A stretch of DNA of 64,000 nucleotides from Chloroflexota bacterium (GTDB lineage Bacteria > Chloroflexota > Limnocylindria > Limnocylindrales > CSP1-4), in NCBI GenBank assembly GCA_021786385.1, contig JAJYNJ010000097.1, forward strand, positions 18,409 to 82,408. The letters are read 5' to 3'. Each line of letters opens with the position of its first letter. The stretch's first letter is position 1. A program made the translations under genes and the position numbers. The notes under the pieces are model-generated. The model was given only the letters and a program-made list of their open reading frames with translations. It was not told the DNA's origin and searched no databases. This document shows positions 28,711-38,832 of this stretch, in pieces.

Positions 28711-28754
28711 ATTTACCGTCGCCTTACACCGGCCGCACGGGCGATTCACCGATC
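28711..28754. promoter_or_regulatory. Candidate PHO box: four 11-bp-phased direct repeat units
   Basis: ATTTACCGTCG / CCTTACACCGG / CCGCACGGGCG / ATTCACCGATC, in exact 11-nt register, lying between the divergent ppx and pstS genes. Confidence 0.5.
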
Positions 28755-28874
28755 CGCGCGACAGTGCCTGCGTATCGATCAGGACCACCGGTCGGCTCAC
28801 GCTACCGGTTCGGGTGTCGGCGCGCAGCGCCACGTGACCCGGCCAGGGCGAGAGCGGCCTCGAGGAGGAACGGA

Positions 28875-30080
28875 GTGTCGACACAGATCCGCGCCCGCTG
28901 GGGCGCTCTGGCACTGGTGGCCGCGCTCGGCTTCGGTGCATGTTCCGCCGCCGCTACCCAGGCGCCCGCGGCTGGGGCCTCGGGCGGCGCAGGGGCCACC
29001 GCCGGCGGTGCGGCTGGCGCTGGCAGCAGTGCGGCGACCACCACCGACTACAGCAACGTCTCGCCGTCCACCACGATCGGCAAGGACGACAAGGCCCAGG
29101 TGACCGGCGCCGGCTCCACCGCGATCTACCCGTGGCTCAGCGCCGTGGCGGAGATCTACCAGCAGCAGGTTGCGCCCGGCGTCGCGGTGAACTACCAGGC
29201 GATCGGGTCGGGTGGCGGGATCGCCCAGTTCCAGGCAAAGACCGTGGACTTCGGCGCCTCCGACATCTACCTGAGCGACCAACAAGAACAGCAGATCGGC
29301 GTGCCGGTGCTCAACATCCCGATGATCCACTGGGCGGCCGCCATGACCTACAACCTGCCCGGCTTCACCGGGGAGGTGCGCTTCAGCCCGGACACCATCG
29401 CCGGCATCTACCTCGGCAAGATCACGAAGTGGAACGATCCGGCCCTCGCGGCTGACAACTCCGGCGTGACGCTGCCCGACCTCCCCATCACCGTGGTGCA
29501 CCGCAGCGACGGTTCGGGCACGACCATGAACTTCACGAGCTTTCTGGCCGACACGAGCGCGGCCTGGAAGAGCCAGGTGGGGGCCGGACTGTCGGTCAAC
29601 TGGCCAGTCGGCGCGGGCGGCAAGGGCAGTGCCGGTGTGACGGCGCTGGTCCAGCAGACACCCGGCGCGATCGGGTACGTCGAGCTCTCGTACGCGCTGC
29701 AGAACAAGCTGCCCGTGGGGCTCGTGAAGAACGCCGCCGGAACCTTCGTGAAGCCCACCCTCGCCTCCACCACCGACGCGGTTGCGGCGGCCGTCGCCAA
29801 CGCCCCAGCCGACCTGCGCTTCCTGGTGGTGAACCCGCCCGCCTCGCACCCCAACGCCTACCCGATCGGGGCCAGCACGTGGGTGCTCCTCTACAAGGAC
29901 TACCCCGCGAGCAAGGCCACTGAGGTGAAGGCGATGGTCGACTTCCTCTGGTGGGCGATCCACAACGGACAGACCTACGCTGCGCAGGTCGACTACTCGG
30001 CGATGGCCCCTGACCTGGTGACCAAAGTCGAGGCTGCACTCAAGAGCGTCACGGTGGGCGGACAGCCGGTCCTGCCGTGA
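28875..30080 (+). CDS. pstS: Phosphate ABC transporter substrate-binding lipoprotein
   Basis: SD GAGGAGG, lipobox LGFGAC, GAGSTA, IGSGGG, VDFGASD, HRSDGSGTT, GYVELSYA, YPI. Confidence 0.95.
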   Translation: MSTQIRARWGALALVAALGFGACSAAATQAPAAGASGGAGATAGGAAGAGSSAATTTDYSNVSPSTTIGKDDKAQVTGAGSTAIYPWLSAVAEIYQQQVAPGVAVNYQAIGSGGGIAQFQAKTVDFGASDIYLSDQQEQQIGVPVLNIPMIHWAAAMTYNLPGFTGEVRFSPDTIAGIYLGKITKWNDPALAADNSGVTLPDLPITVVHRSDGSGTTMNFTSFLADTSAAWKSQVGAGLSVNWPVGAGGKGSAGVTALVQQTPGAIGYVELSYALQNKLPVGLVKNAAGTFVKPTLASTTDAVAAAVANAPADLRFLVVNPPASHPNAYPIGASTWVLLYKDYPASKATEVKAMVDFLWWAIHNGQTYAAQVDYSAMAPDLVTKVEAALKSVTVGGQPVLP

Positions 30081-30125
30081 GGCCAGCCGCTGTGCCATCA
30101 TCCGTCACTGCATGAACGTTCGCCC

Positions 30126-31121
30126 GTGGCAGGACCTCACGTGACGGCCTTGCCCGCCGAGGCTCGCCGTGTCCGGACGCTGCTCGCCGAGCATCGCCCG
30201 CGACACGGCGAGAGCCTCTTCCGAGGCCTGGTCGTCCTGGCCTCGCTGACGGTGCTCGCGGTGATCGCCGGCCTCGTGCTGGTGATCGCGAAGGAGTCGC
30301 TCCTCGGGATCGCCCACAACGGCGTGGCCTTCCTGTGGGGCACCACCTGGGACCCGGTGCACAGCGTCTTCGGGGCGCTGCCCTTCATCTACGGGACGAT
30401 CCTGACCGCGACCAGCGCCCTGGTGCTGGCCACGCTGATCGGCGTCGGTGTGGCGCTCTTCCTCGTAGAGCTCGCGCCCGGCTGGCTGGCTCGCCCGATC
30501 GGGTTCATGGTCGAGATGCTGGCGGCGATCCCGAGCGTGGTCTACGGCCTGTGGGGCATCTTCGTGCTCGCGCCCTGGCTCCGCGCGTACGTGGAGGCGC
30601 CACTCCACGACCGACTCGGCGCGCTCCCCTTCTTCAGCGGCAACCCGATCGGGATCGGCAACATGGCCGCCATCGTGGTGTTGACCATCATGGTCCTGCC
30701 CACGGTCGCGGCGGTCTCCCGCGACGTGATCGCCGCGGTGCCGGACTCCCAGCGCGAGGCGGCGCTGGCCATCGGGGCCACCCGCTGGGAGATGATCCGC
30801 GTCGGCGTGCTGCCCTACGCCCGCAGTGGGATCCTCGGCGCGGGGATCCTCGGCCTGGCGCGCGGCGTAGGTGAGACGATGGCGGTGACAATGGTGATCG
30901 GCAACGCCCCCACGATCTCGCCATCGCTGTTTGCCCAGGGCTACACGATGGCGAGCGTCATCGCCAACGAGTTCACCGAGGCGACCACCGATCTATACCG
31001 CAGCTCGTTGATCGAGATCGGGCTGCTCCTGCTGATCATCACGCTCTTCATCAACGCGGTCGCGCGGCTGCTCGTCTGGCGGGTCGCGTACAGCGCGACC
31101 TCGCGCAGCCTCCTCGCATGA
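30126..31121 (+). CDS. pstC: Phosphate ABC permease PstC
   Basis: WDPV, FGALPFIYGT, AAIPSVVYGLWG, REAALAIGATRWE, RGVGETMAV. Confidence 0.93.
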   Translation: MAGPHVTALPAEARRVRTLLAEHRPRHGESLFRGLVVLASLTVLAVIAGLVLVIAKESLLGIAHNGVAFLWGTTWDPVHSVFGALPFIYGTILTATSALVLATLIGVGVALFLVELAPGWLARPIGFMVEMLAAIPSVVYGLWGIFVLAPWLRAYVEAPLHDRLGALPFFSGNPIGIGNMAAIVVLTIMVLPTVAAVSRDVIAAVPDSQREAALAIGATRWEMIRVGVLPYARSGILGAGILGLARGVGETMAVTMVIGNAPTISPSLFAQGYTMASVIANEFTEATTDLYRSSLIEIGLLLLIITLFINAVARLLVWRVAYSATSRSLLA

Positions 31122-31179
31122 GCAGCCAGCCTGCCGGGACGCGCGGGATGAGCCCTGCTGGCGTGTGCGGGAAGCGCCG

Positions 31180-32058
31180 ATGAGCGCGACCGTCGACCCG
31201 CTGCGGATCCCCGGCCGGAACATTCGGCGGCGCCGGGCGACCGACCGGGTGATGGGCGCGCTGCTCGCCGTGGCCGCCGTCGTGGCGGTGGTCCCGCTCG
31301 TCCTGGTCTTCGCCTACGTGCTGATCCAGGGCCTGCCGGCGCTGAACGTGCCGCTGCTCACCCAGTCGCCCATGCCCGCCGGCTTTCCTGGGGGCGGCGT
31401 GGCGCCCGCCGTGGGCGGGACACTCGTCATGGTCGGCCTCGGAACGCTGCTCGGCACACCCGTGGCAGTCCTGGCCGGCATCTACATCCGCGAGTACGCC
31501 GGTTCACGCGGCGCGACGGCGATCCGCTTCCTGGTGGACGTGCTCGCGGGGGTGCCTACCATCGCCGTGGGGCTCTTCGCCTACGGCCTCGTCGTCGTCC
31601 CCATGGGCACCTTCAGCGCCATCGCAGGCGCCATCGCGCTGGCGGTCATCATCCTGCCGATCGTCGCCCGGGTGACCGACGAGATGCTGGGGTTGGTCCC
31701 AGGGTCCGTCCGCGAAGCGGCCTACGCGCTCGGCATCCCGCCCTGGAAGACGATCGTGCGCGTCGTCCTCCCGGCCGCGGCGAGTGGGATCGTCACCGGG
31801 ATCCTGCTCGGCGTGGCGCGGATCGCCGGTGAGACGGCGCCGCTCATCTTCACGGCGCTCGGCAACCAGCGCGTCAGCACGTCGTTGACCGAGCCGATGG
31901 ACGCGCTGCCGCTGCGCATCTGGGTCTACGCGACCGGCCCCTACGACTCCTGGCACCAGCAGGCCTGGGCCGCCTCGCTCCTCTTGGTCGGCCTCGTGCT
32001 GATCTTCTCGCTGCTGACCCGTTTCGTACTCCGCCGGCGCGGCCCCGCCGGCCGCTGA
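31180..32058 (+). CDS. pstA: Phosphate ABC permease PstA
   Basis: [36 protein letters not shown]. Confidence 0.93.
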   Translation: MSATVDPLRIPGRNIRRRRATDRVMGALLAVAAVVAVVPLVLVFAYVLIQGLPALNVPLLTQSPMPAGFPGGGVAPAVGGTLVMVGLGTLLGTPVAVLAGIYIREYAGSRGATAIRFLVDVLAGVPTIAVGLFAYGLVVVPMGTFSAIAGAIALAVIILPIVARVTDEMLGLVPGSVREAAYALGIPPWKTIVRVVLPAAASGIVTGILLGVARIAGETAPLIFTALGNQRVSTSLTEPMDALPLRIWVYATGPYDSWHQQAWAASLLLVGLVLIFSLLTRFVLRRRGPAGR

Positions 32059-32066
32059 CCCCGCAG

Positions 32067-33062
32067 GTGGTGCGTACACTGATGACGCTGATGACCGAAC
32101 AGACGAGCAACGCGCTGCCGGCCGCCGATCCGCCGGCCGGAGGCCCTCCGACGGCGAGCGTACCTACCGCGGACCCGCCGGCCACCGCGGCCCCGGCCGC
32201 TCCACAGGCCGCGCCCATCGCGCAAGCCGGCTCGTCGCACGCCCGCACCATCGCCGTCGCCGAGCACGCCGCAGTGACCATCGAGCACGTCGCCGTCGGG
32301 GTCGAGATCGAGCACCTCAACGCGTACTACGGTCAGCACCTCGTGCTGCGCGACATCACCCTCTCGGTGCGACCCAATTCCGTCACCGCGATCATCGGCC
32401 CCTCCGGCTGCGGCAAGTCGACCCTGATCCGCTGCCTCAACCGGATGCACGAGGTGACCCCGGGGGCTCGGGTGGAGGGGCAGGTGCGCCTCGACGGGGA
32501 CCCGATCTACGCTCCCGGCGTCGACCCGGTCGTCGTCCGCCAGCGGATCGGCATGGTCTTCCAGCGCCCCAACCCCTTCCCCACCATGTCGATCTTCGAC
32601 AACGTCGTGGCGGGCCTCAAGCTGGCCGGGATCCGCGACCGGGCCCTCCTCGAGCAGGTCGCAGAACGGAGCTTGCGCCGCGCCGCGCTCTGGGACGAGG
32701 TGCACGACAAACTGCACGCGCCCGGTGGGGCCCTCTCGGGCGGACAGCAGCAGCGCCTCTGTATCGCGCGGGCGATCGCCGTCGAACCAGAGGTGATCCT
32801 GATGGACGAGCCGGCGTCGGCGCTCGACCCGATGTCGACGCTCCGGATCGAGGAGTTGATCGACGCGCTCCGCACGAGCTACACGATCGTGATCGTGACG
32901 CACAACATGCAGCAGGCGGCCCGGGTCAGCGATCGGACGGCGTTCCTGACCGTGGGCGAGGACCGTGCGGGGTACCTCGTCGAGGAAGGGCCGACCGCGC
33001 AGATCTTCACCAACCCGCGGCGGCGGCTTACCGAGGACTACATCTCGGGCCGCTTCGGATGA
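32067..33062 (+). CDS. pstB: Phosphate ABC ATPase PstB (Pro/Ala-rich N-terminus, start uncertain)
   Basis: [50 protein letters not shown]. Confidence 0.95.
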   Translation: MVRTLMTLMTEQTSNALPAADPPAGGPPTASVPTADPPATAAPAAPQAAPIAQAGSSHARTIAVAEHAAVTIEHVAVGVEIEHLNAYYGQHLVLRDITLSVRPNSVTAIIGPSGCGKSTLIRCLNRMHEVTPGARVEGQVRLDGDPIYAPGVDPVVVRQRIGMVFQRPNPFPTMSIFDNVVAGLKLAGIRDRALLEQVAERSLRRAALWDEVHDKLHAPGGALSGGQQQRLCIARAIAVEPEVILMDEPASALDPMSTLRIEELIDALRTSYTIVIVTHNMQQAARVSDRTAFLTVGEDRAGYLVEEGPTAQIFTNPRRRLTEDYISGRFG

Positions 33063-33075
33063 GGGAGGCGCAGCG

Positions 33076-33765
33076 GTGACCGAACCGATCCGGACGCACC
33101 CGATCCTGCACGGGCATCGGGAAGCCTACGACCGGGAGTTGAGCGAGATCCAGGCCGGGATCGTCCAGATCGGCACCTACGTCGAGGAGGCGATCCGCAC
33201 CGCGACCCAGGCGATGCAGGTGCACGACGGCGAGCTCGCCGCCCGGGTCATCGCCGACGACCAGCGGATCAACCAGCTCCAGGAGCAGGTCTCCGAGCTG
33301 ATCACGACGACGATCGCCACCCAGCAGCCGGTCGCCCGCGACCTGCGCTACCTGCTTGCGCTCGATCGTGTGGCGCACGAGCTCGAGCGGATGGGCGACC
33401 ACGCCGGCAGCGTCGCCAAGCAGGTCCGCAAGCTCGCCCAGCAGCCACCCTTGCGTCGCTACGTCTTCCTGCCACGCATGGGAGAGCTCGTGGCTGGCAT
33501 GGTCCACGACGTCCTCATCGCGCTCGTCGAGGTGGACGAGGCGCGGGCGCGTGCGGTGGCCGCCCGCGATGACGAGGTGGACCGCCTCTACCACGCGAGC
33601 TTCGACGTGGTGCTCGACCTGATGCGCGCCGATCCCGAGAACGTGGACCGCGGCACGCGCATCCTGTTCGCCGCGCACTACCTGGAGCGGATCGGCGACC
33701 GCGTGACGAACATCGCGGAGGATGTGCTCTTCCTCGCGGGGGGCGTGGTCGAGGACTTGAACTAG
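33076..33765 (+). CDS. phoU: Phosphate signalling protein PhoU
   Basis: QQPVARDLR, ELERMGDHA, DDEVD, YLERIGDRVTNIAE. Confidence 0.95.
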   Translation: MTEPIRTHPILHGHREAYDRELSEIQAGIVQIGTYVEEAIRTATQAMQVHDGELAARVIADDQRINQLQEQVSELITTTIATQQPVARDLRYLLALDRVAHELERMGDHAGSVAKQVRKLAQQPPLRRYVFLPRMGELVAGMVHDVLIALVEVDEARARAVAARDDEVDRLYHASFDVVLDLMRADPENVDRGTRILFAAHYLERIGDRVTNIAEDVLFLAGGVVEDLN

Positions 33766-33849
33766 GCTGCCCCTCGCCCCGTGCGGCCCCGGAGTGGGCG
33801 TCGAGCCCGCAGCCCTGTGCGTTTTCCCTCGTTCGCGCGTCTGTAGGCT

Positions 33850-34218
33850 GTGACCAACATGGAGGACCTTGCGCCACGGGATCGGGCGCTCGCGGCCGAG
33901 CCCGGGGCGCACGCGGCAGCCGTGCTTGATGTCCAGGAGCGCTGCGGGCAGGCGTTGTTCGGGCTGGCCTGCCGGCTCGGGCGAGCCCGGCGTGATCGGC
34001 CGTCCGACCCGCAGGTGGCCGCCGACGAGCTGGCGGTCTGGTCGGCCGTCGACCGGCTGCCGGTGCGCCAGCGCGTCGTGTTGTACCTGCGCTACCGGGG
34101 AGATCTGCCGTACGAGCAAATCGGCTCCATCCTGGGCATCAGCGCCGGTGCTGCGCGGACCCACGTGGCCACTGGACTGGCCACGTGGCGGCGGCAGTTG
34201 GCCGAAGACGAGGGATGA
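33850..34218 (+). CDS. ECF sigma factor-like protein retaining region 4 but lacking most of region 2 (possible pseudogene)
   Basis: Only 122 aa. VDRLPVRQRVVLYLRY...YEQIGSILGISAGAARTH is sigma4; QALFGLACRL resembles the start of sigma2, but the DxxQE core is absent. Confidence 0.65.
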   Translation: MTNMEDLAPRDRALAAEPGAHAAAVLDVQERCGQALFGLACRLGRARRDRPSDPQVAADELAVWSAVDRLPVRQRVVLYLRYRGDLPYEQIGSILGISAGAARTHVATGLATWRRQLAEDEG

Positions 34219-35486
34219 TGATGAACCTCGACGAGATCGAGCGGATCCTGCGGCGGAGAGCCCCCGACGAGCCCCGCTATTCGCCACGCCCACTGCCGCG
34301 GCCCGACACGAGAGGCGGCATCGAGCCTGGAGTGCTGCGCCGCGCGACGACGTCTTCGCGCCGACGGGTCGGCTGGCCCGGGCTCGTCGCGGCAGGCGCA
34401 GTCGCGGTCGGGGCGTTGCTGCTGGTCGGGTCGGCACTGCACCTCCGGCCCGACCTTACGATCGGGGGCGCCGGGCTTGCCAGCTCGGGGGGCGTCGGGT
34501 CGACGGTCGCCGGCTCCGGTGGATCGACGGCCGCCGCCCCCGGGACATGGGGCACCGCCTCGCCCGGTGTCTCGATCGGGCCAGCGCAGGTCGTACCCTG
34601 GACCGACGCAACCCCCACCCCGGAGCCACCGAGCCCGACGCCAATCCCGGTCCCATCGGGCACACCGGCGTGCGCAGCCGATCAGGTAGATGGCAGCGCC
34701 ATCTGGCAGGGCGCGACCGGTAACATGGTCGGCCCCCTGACCGTCACCAACGTGGGGACAGTCCCGTGCCGGCTCGAGGGCCCGCCCGCACTCGTGCAGA
34801 TCCTGTCGTCCGGCCAGGGGATCCTCCCCATCGACTATGTCGCCCACGGGTCGTCGGACGCGGGCCTCACCGCACCGGCCGGCCCCGTTTTGCTGCGCCC
34901 CGGCGACCGGGCCGCGGCGTTCCTGGCCTGGTCCGAATGGTGCGGCGCGCCGGTCAGTGGCCACCTGGAGCTCCTCGTCACGCTTTCCGGCGCCGCCGGT
35001 CACGTCACGGCCCCGGTCGCGTACGCCCTGGTGCCCCGTTGCGACACGCCTGGGCTTCGCTCGACGCTCGCGGGCTTTGCGTTCGTCGCGGTCCCGCCGC
35101 AGCCGGCCCCCGCCCCCGAGCCAGTGACGGCATCCACGACGCTGCTCCTTCCGCCGACAGCGGTCATCGGGCAGACGCTGCACTTCCAGGTTCGACTGAC
35201 CAACACCGGCGGCCACGCCGCGTCGCTCGACCCGTGCCCAGCCTACGGTGAACACCTCGTGGTCGGCGGCGCTGCACTGAAGGTCGAGTCATCGTACTTG
35301 CTCAACTGCGCTGCGATCGGCCAGCAGATCGACCCAGGCCAAACGGTCGTGCTTGACATGGCCTATGACGTGCCCGCGGGCCTGGCTCCGGGACCGGCGC
35401 AGCTCGTCTGGGACCTAGAACCCGGTGGGCCGTTCGACGCCCTCTCGGGACTCGCCCGTGCCCCGATCACGCTCGTCGCACCGTAA
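34215..35486 (+). CDS. Single-pass membrane protein, putative anti-sigma factor, with a DUF4232-like extracellular domain
   Basis: ATGA-coupled to the sigma gene; short cytoplasmic N-terminus, one TM, a Pro/Thr linker, then CAADQV...LTVTNVGTVPCRLEG. Confidence 0.6.
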   Translation: MMMNLDEIERILRRRAPDEPRYSPRPLPRPDTRGGIEPGVLRRATTSSRRRVGWPGLVAAGAVAVGALLLVGSALHLRPDLTIGGAGLASSGGVGSTVAGSGGSTAAAPGTWGTASPGVSIGPAQVVPWTDATPTPEPPSPTPIPVPSGTPACAADQVDGSAIWQGATGNMVGPLTVTNVGTVPCRLEGPPALVQILSSGQGILPIDYVAHGSSDAGLTAPAGPVLLRPGDRAAAFLAWSEWCGAPVSGHLELLVTLSGAAGHVTAPVAYALVPRCDTPGLRSTLAGFAFVAVPPQPAPAPEPVTASTTLLLPPTAVIGQTLHFQVRLTNTGGHAASLDPCPAYGEHLVVGGAALKVESSYLLNCAAIGQQIDPGQTVVLDMAYDVPAGLAPGPAQLVWDLEPGGPFDALSGLARAPITLVAP

Positions 35487-35533
35487 GCTTCGTGGGAGCG
35501 CAACCCTCGTCGTACACCATCGAGCCGCCCGCC

Positions 35534-35938
35534 ATGAAGACCACCGAGATCACCGTCCGGACCGGCCGCCGCCGCGGCCTCTTCGACCTGACCGACCAGT
35601 GCGCGCGGTTCGTGGCGGGCGAAGGCGACGGCCTGCTCACCGTCTTCGTGCCGCACGCCACCGCCGCCATCGTGGTGATGGAACTGGGTGCAGGCTCCGA
35701 CGAGGACCTGATGGCGACGGTCGACCGCCTGCTGCCGCGCGACGACCGTTGGCATCACCGCCACGGGTCCCCCGGGCACGGCGCCGATCATGTGCTGCCC
35801 CTCCTCGCCCCGCCGTCGGTGAGCGTGCCGGTCGTTCGCGGGCAGCTCACGCTCGGCACCTGGCAGTCGATCGCGCTGCTGGACCCGAACGTCGACCACG
35901 AAGTCCGCACGGTCCGGCTGAGCTTCCTGCCCGGCTGA
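35534..35938 (+). CDS. yjbQ: YjbQ/UPF0047 family protein
   Basis: VFVPHATAA, HRHGSPGHGADH, LGTWQSI. Confidence 0.9.
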   Translation: MKTTEITVRTGRRRGLFDLTDQCARFVAGEGDGLLTVFVPHATAAIVVMELGAGSDEDLMATVDRLLPRDDRWHHRHGSPGHGADHVLPLLAPPSVSVPVVRGQLTLGTWQSIALLDPNVDHEVRTVRLSFLPG

Positions 35939-36013
35939 ACGGCGCAGCACGCCACGAGGCGGCCCGCCAGCGGGCCGGTCCGAGCGGGCGTCGCGGGGCC
36001 TTCGAGCCGCGCC

Positions 36014-37090
36014 TCATCTGATCGTGAAGGTGCCCGATGCGGTGGCGGATCGCCCGCCAGACGTGCAGGTGACGGAGACCCCGGCCGTGCCACGCCCCGT
36101 GTTCGAGGTGATCCTCCAGGTCCAGGCGACGGCGCCCGCGGCATCCGCCGTCTGCTGGTGCAGGAGGGCCTTCACCGTCGAGACGCGCCCAGAGGGGAGC
36201 ACCACCGCGATCGAGCAGATGGCGCCGGGCGTCGTGCGTGCGGCAACCGTGGCGCTGGATCCGGCCGGGACGGACGCGGGAACGGAGGAGAGGCGGACGG
36301 TCAGCGCCGAACCGGATGCCAGCGACGGGGGCGTCGCGGTCGTCGAGGGGACCGCGGTCAGCGCCGCGCCCGTCGTGCTGCCTGCGCCGCCAGCTGTGCC
36401 GCCGGTCGCGCCGCTGGCCCCCGCCGCGAGTGGAATGCCGAAGTACGCGTGCACCCAATGGATCCCGATCCGCGCCCGCGCCTCGGCCAGAGTCAGCGTC
36501 CCTGCGCACACCTCCCGATGCAGCGCATCCTCGTACGCATCCTTGACCCGGGCGCCCACCGGCGTCCCGTCCGGCAGGGTGATCGAGTACGGCTCCGGCC
36601 ACAGGTTGCGCGGGTCCGACGGCGCGCCGCCGAGCTCGAGCGGGATCAGGTGGTCCTCCTCGTACGCCGCGGGCGAGGTATAGGGATAGTGGTAGGCAGC
36701 GATCTGCTGCACCTTGAGCGGAGCGGTGTAGGACTCGGGCGGACGCACCGTTGCGGTCCAGCCCCGGCGGCAGATCGTCGAGCCGATCGTCGCGGGCGTC
36801 ACGGCGGGGTTGAAGGCACCGGGTGTCAGGTGCGGGTCGGGCTCGCCGGGCAGCCGACCGACGGGTGTCGGCGGTGCACCGGCTGCTTGCCCAGGGGCCG
36901 CGCTGGCGGCCGATCCGACCGAGCCGGCCGCGCTCGCCCCCGGCGGCGCCACCTGCTGATCGCCTGGCAGCGCCGTTGCCGGGACCACTCCGCTGCACCC
37001 GGCCAGGACGACTGCCGCGACCGCCACGAGACACGCAAGTCGATGCGGCGCTGGTCTCCCGCTACGTTCGAGCTGCGGCCGTCCGGCCAT
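36014..37090 (-). CDS. Secreted lipoprotein with an HNH-type nuclease-like domain and C-terminal Ig-like domain (start uncertain)
   Basis: Lipobox VVLAGC; YEEDHLIPLELGG...NLWPEP...KDAYED; Gly/Ala/Thr linker; beta-rich C-terminus. Confidence 0.6.
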   Translation of the reverse strand: MAGRPQLERSGRPAPHRLACLVAVAAVVLAGCSGVVPATALPGDQQVAPPGASAAGSVGSAASAAPGQAAGAPPTPVGRLPGEPDPHLTPGAFNPAVTPATIGSTICRRGWTATVRPPESYTAPLKVQQIAAYHYPYTSPAAYEEDHLIPLELGGAPSDPRNLWPEPYSITLPDGTPVGARVKDAYEDALHREVCAGTLTLAEARARIGIHWVHAYFGIPLAAGASGATGGTAGGAGSTTGAALTAVPSTTATPPSLASGSALTVRLSSVPASVPAGSSATVAARTTPGAICSIAVVLPSGRVSTVKALLHQQTADAAGAVAWTWRITSNTGRGTAGVSVTCTSGGRSATASGTFTIR

Positions 37091-38309
37091 AGGCCTCCTC
37101 CCAGGCCAGCGCCGCGCTCAGCACCGTGCGCTCATCGCGGCCAGCGATCTGCAGGTTGCCGATCGCGATGGTCGGCCAGCCGAGGAAATTGAACGGCCGC
37201 GTGTAGCGCGTCATCCCGGCCCGCACGTCGGGCTCCCAACAATCGACCGGCGGGGGCTCGATCGCGAGCGTCGGGCTGATCACCAGGTCCACCGCCGGCA
37301 CGGTTCGCGCCCGCCGCCGCAGTTCCCCGAGCGCGATCCGGCCTTGCGCCGCTTCGCGCTCGCTCACCAGCTGGGCCGCGTCGAGCTTGAATTGCACGTC
37401 CGGCCCGTACTGATCGCGCAGCCGAGGGAACCACGGCCGGTGCACTGCGGCGATCTCCGCCAAGAAGACGGCCATGGGGTCCCCGGCGTGCGGTCCCTCG
37501 GCCTGAGACTCCGGCAGCACGGCCTCCTCGAGCAGCGCCCCGAGGGCCGTCAACTCGTCCTCGTGCCCGGTCGGCTCGAGCACGCCGACTCGCACGCCGG
37601 CCAGCCGGGGCGGCGGCACCGCGCGACCCGCCAGTAGCGCGTAGACGAGCGCGCAGTCGCGCACCGAGCGTGCCATCGGCCCGACCGTGTCGAACGAGGG
37701 CGCCAGGGGAAACGTGCCGCTCGTCGAGACAGCCCCCAACGGCGGCTTGAAGCCGACGACGTCGCAGCAGGCCGCCGGGATGCGCACCGATCCGCCCGTG
37801 TCGGTGCCGAGCCCAATGGTGCAGAGCCGCTCGGCCAGGGCGGCCGCCGTCCCACCGCTCGAACCGCCGGCCACCCGGCCCGGCCGGACTGGGTTCGCCA
37901 CGGTGCCCCAGTGGGGGTTCTGGCTGGTGACGCCCCACGCGAACTCGTGCTGGTTGGCCTTGCCGACGACGATGGCCCCCGCGGCCTCCAGCTGCCGCAC
38001 CGCACTCGCGGTGCGGGTTGGCACGTGGTCCACGAAGATCGCGGAGCCGTAGGTGGTGCGGAGGCCAGCCGTGTCGAACATGTCCTTGACCGCCAACGGC
38101 ACGCCCGCCAGGGGGCCGCTCGGCCGCCGCGCCGCCCGCTCCAGCGCCCGTTCGGGACAGGTCGTGATGAACGCGTGGCCGCCAGCGTGCTCGTCGATCC
38201 GGCGGAGGAAGGTCTCGGTGATCTCTACCGCCGAAACCTCGCCACGGCGCACAGCCGCGGCCAGGGCCTCGGCGGGGAGGCTCAAGAGTTCGTCCGTTCC
38301 AGCGGTCAC
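37062..38309 (-). CDS. Amidase signature family protein
   Basis: LAVKD, GKANQHEFA, GGSSGG, GTDTGGSVRIPAACC (Ser-cisSer-Lys triad motifs). Confidence 0.92.
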   Translation of the reverse strand: MTAGTDELLSLPAEALAAAVRRGEVSAVEITETFLRRIDEHAGGHAFITTCPERALERAARRPSGPLAGVPLAVKDMFDTAGLRTTYGSAIFVDHVPTRTASAVRQLEAAGAIVVGKANQHEFAWGVTSQNPHWGTVANPVRPGRVAGGSSGGTAAALAERLCTIGLGTDTGGSVRIPAACCDVVGFKPPLGAVSTSGTFPLAPSFDTVGPMARSVRDCALVYALLAGRAVPPPRLAGVRVGVLEPTGHEDELTALGALLEEAVLPESQAEGPHAGDPMAVFLAEIAAVHRPWFPRLRDQYGPDVQFKLDAAQLVSEREAAQGRIALGELRRRARTVPAVDLVISPTLAIEPPPVDCWEPDVRAGMTRYTRPFNFLGWPTIAIGNLQIAGRDERTVLSAALAWEEAYGRTAAART

Positions 38310-38352
38310 CGAGCGCCTCTGCGTTGGCGGATGTGGCGGTCTCGCCCGGTGC

Positions 38353-38832
38353 CTACCCGACCAGCCCCTCGAGCAGCGGCTCAGCTTGGAAGAGGTTGAT
38401 CCCGCTGTCGATCAGGTCGAGCAGGGCGCGCATCGTGCGTTCCTCTTCGACCTGCTCGTCGATGAACCACTGCAGGAACTGGAAGCTGCGGTGGTCGCCA
38501 TCGGTGAGAGCCGTCTTGGCCATGGTGTCGAACTGGCCGGTGACGCGCAGCTCGCTCTCCAGGGCCGCCTGTACGGCGTCCCGAGCCGTGGCATAGCGCG
38601 TCGGCGCGGCCGCGATCGCGGGCAGCTCGAACTCGACCTCGTTGTCGATCAGGAAGGTCCAGATCTTGGCGGCGTGCTGGGCTTCTTCGAGGGCCTGGTC
38701 GTGGAAGAGCTTGGCCCACCCCTTCAGGCTCTGGCGCTCGAAGGAGAGTGCGATCCCGATGTAAGCCTGGTGGGCGCTGAGTTCGTGTCCGACCTGTTCG
38801 ACGAGGAGCCGGCTGAGTCGCTCGCTGATCAT
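38353..38832 (-). CDS. ftnA: Non-heme ferritin
   Basis: QVGHELSA, EEAQHA, ESELRVT, LQWFIDEQVEEE ferroxidase-centre motifs; SD GGAGG. Confidence 0.9.
   Translation of the reverse strand: MISERLSRLLVEQVGHELSAHQAYIGIALSFERQSLKGWAKLFHDQALEEAQHAAKIWTFLIDNEVEFELPAIAAAPTRYATARDAVQAALESELRVTGQFDTMAKTALTDGDHRSFQFLQWFIDEQVEEERTMRALLDLIDSGINLFQAEPLLEGLVG

Noticed and set aside
37062-38309. gatA assignment
   Set aside because: It is shorter than GatA and has no gatB/gatC neighbours, so it is called only a generic amidase.
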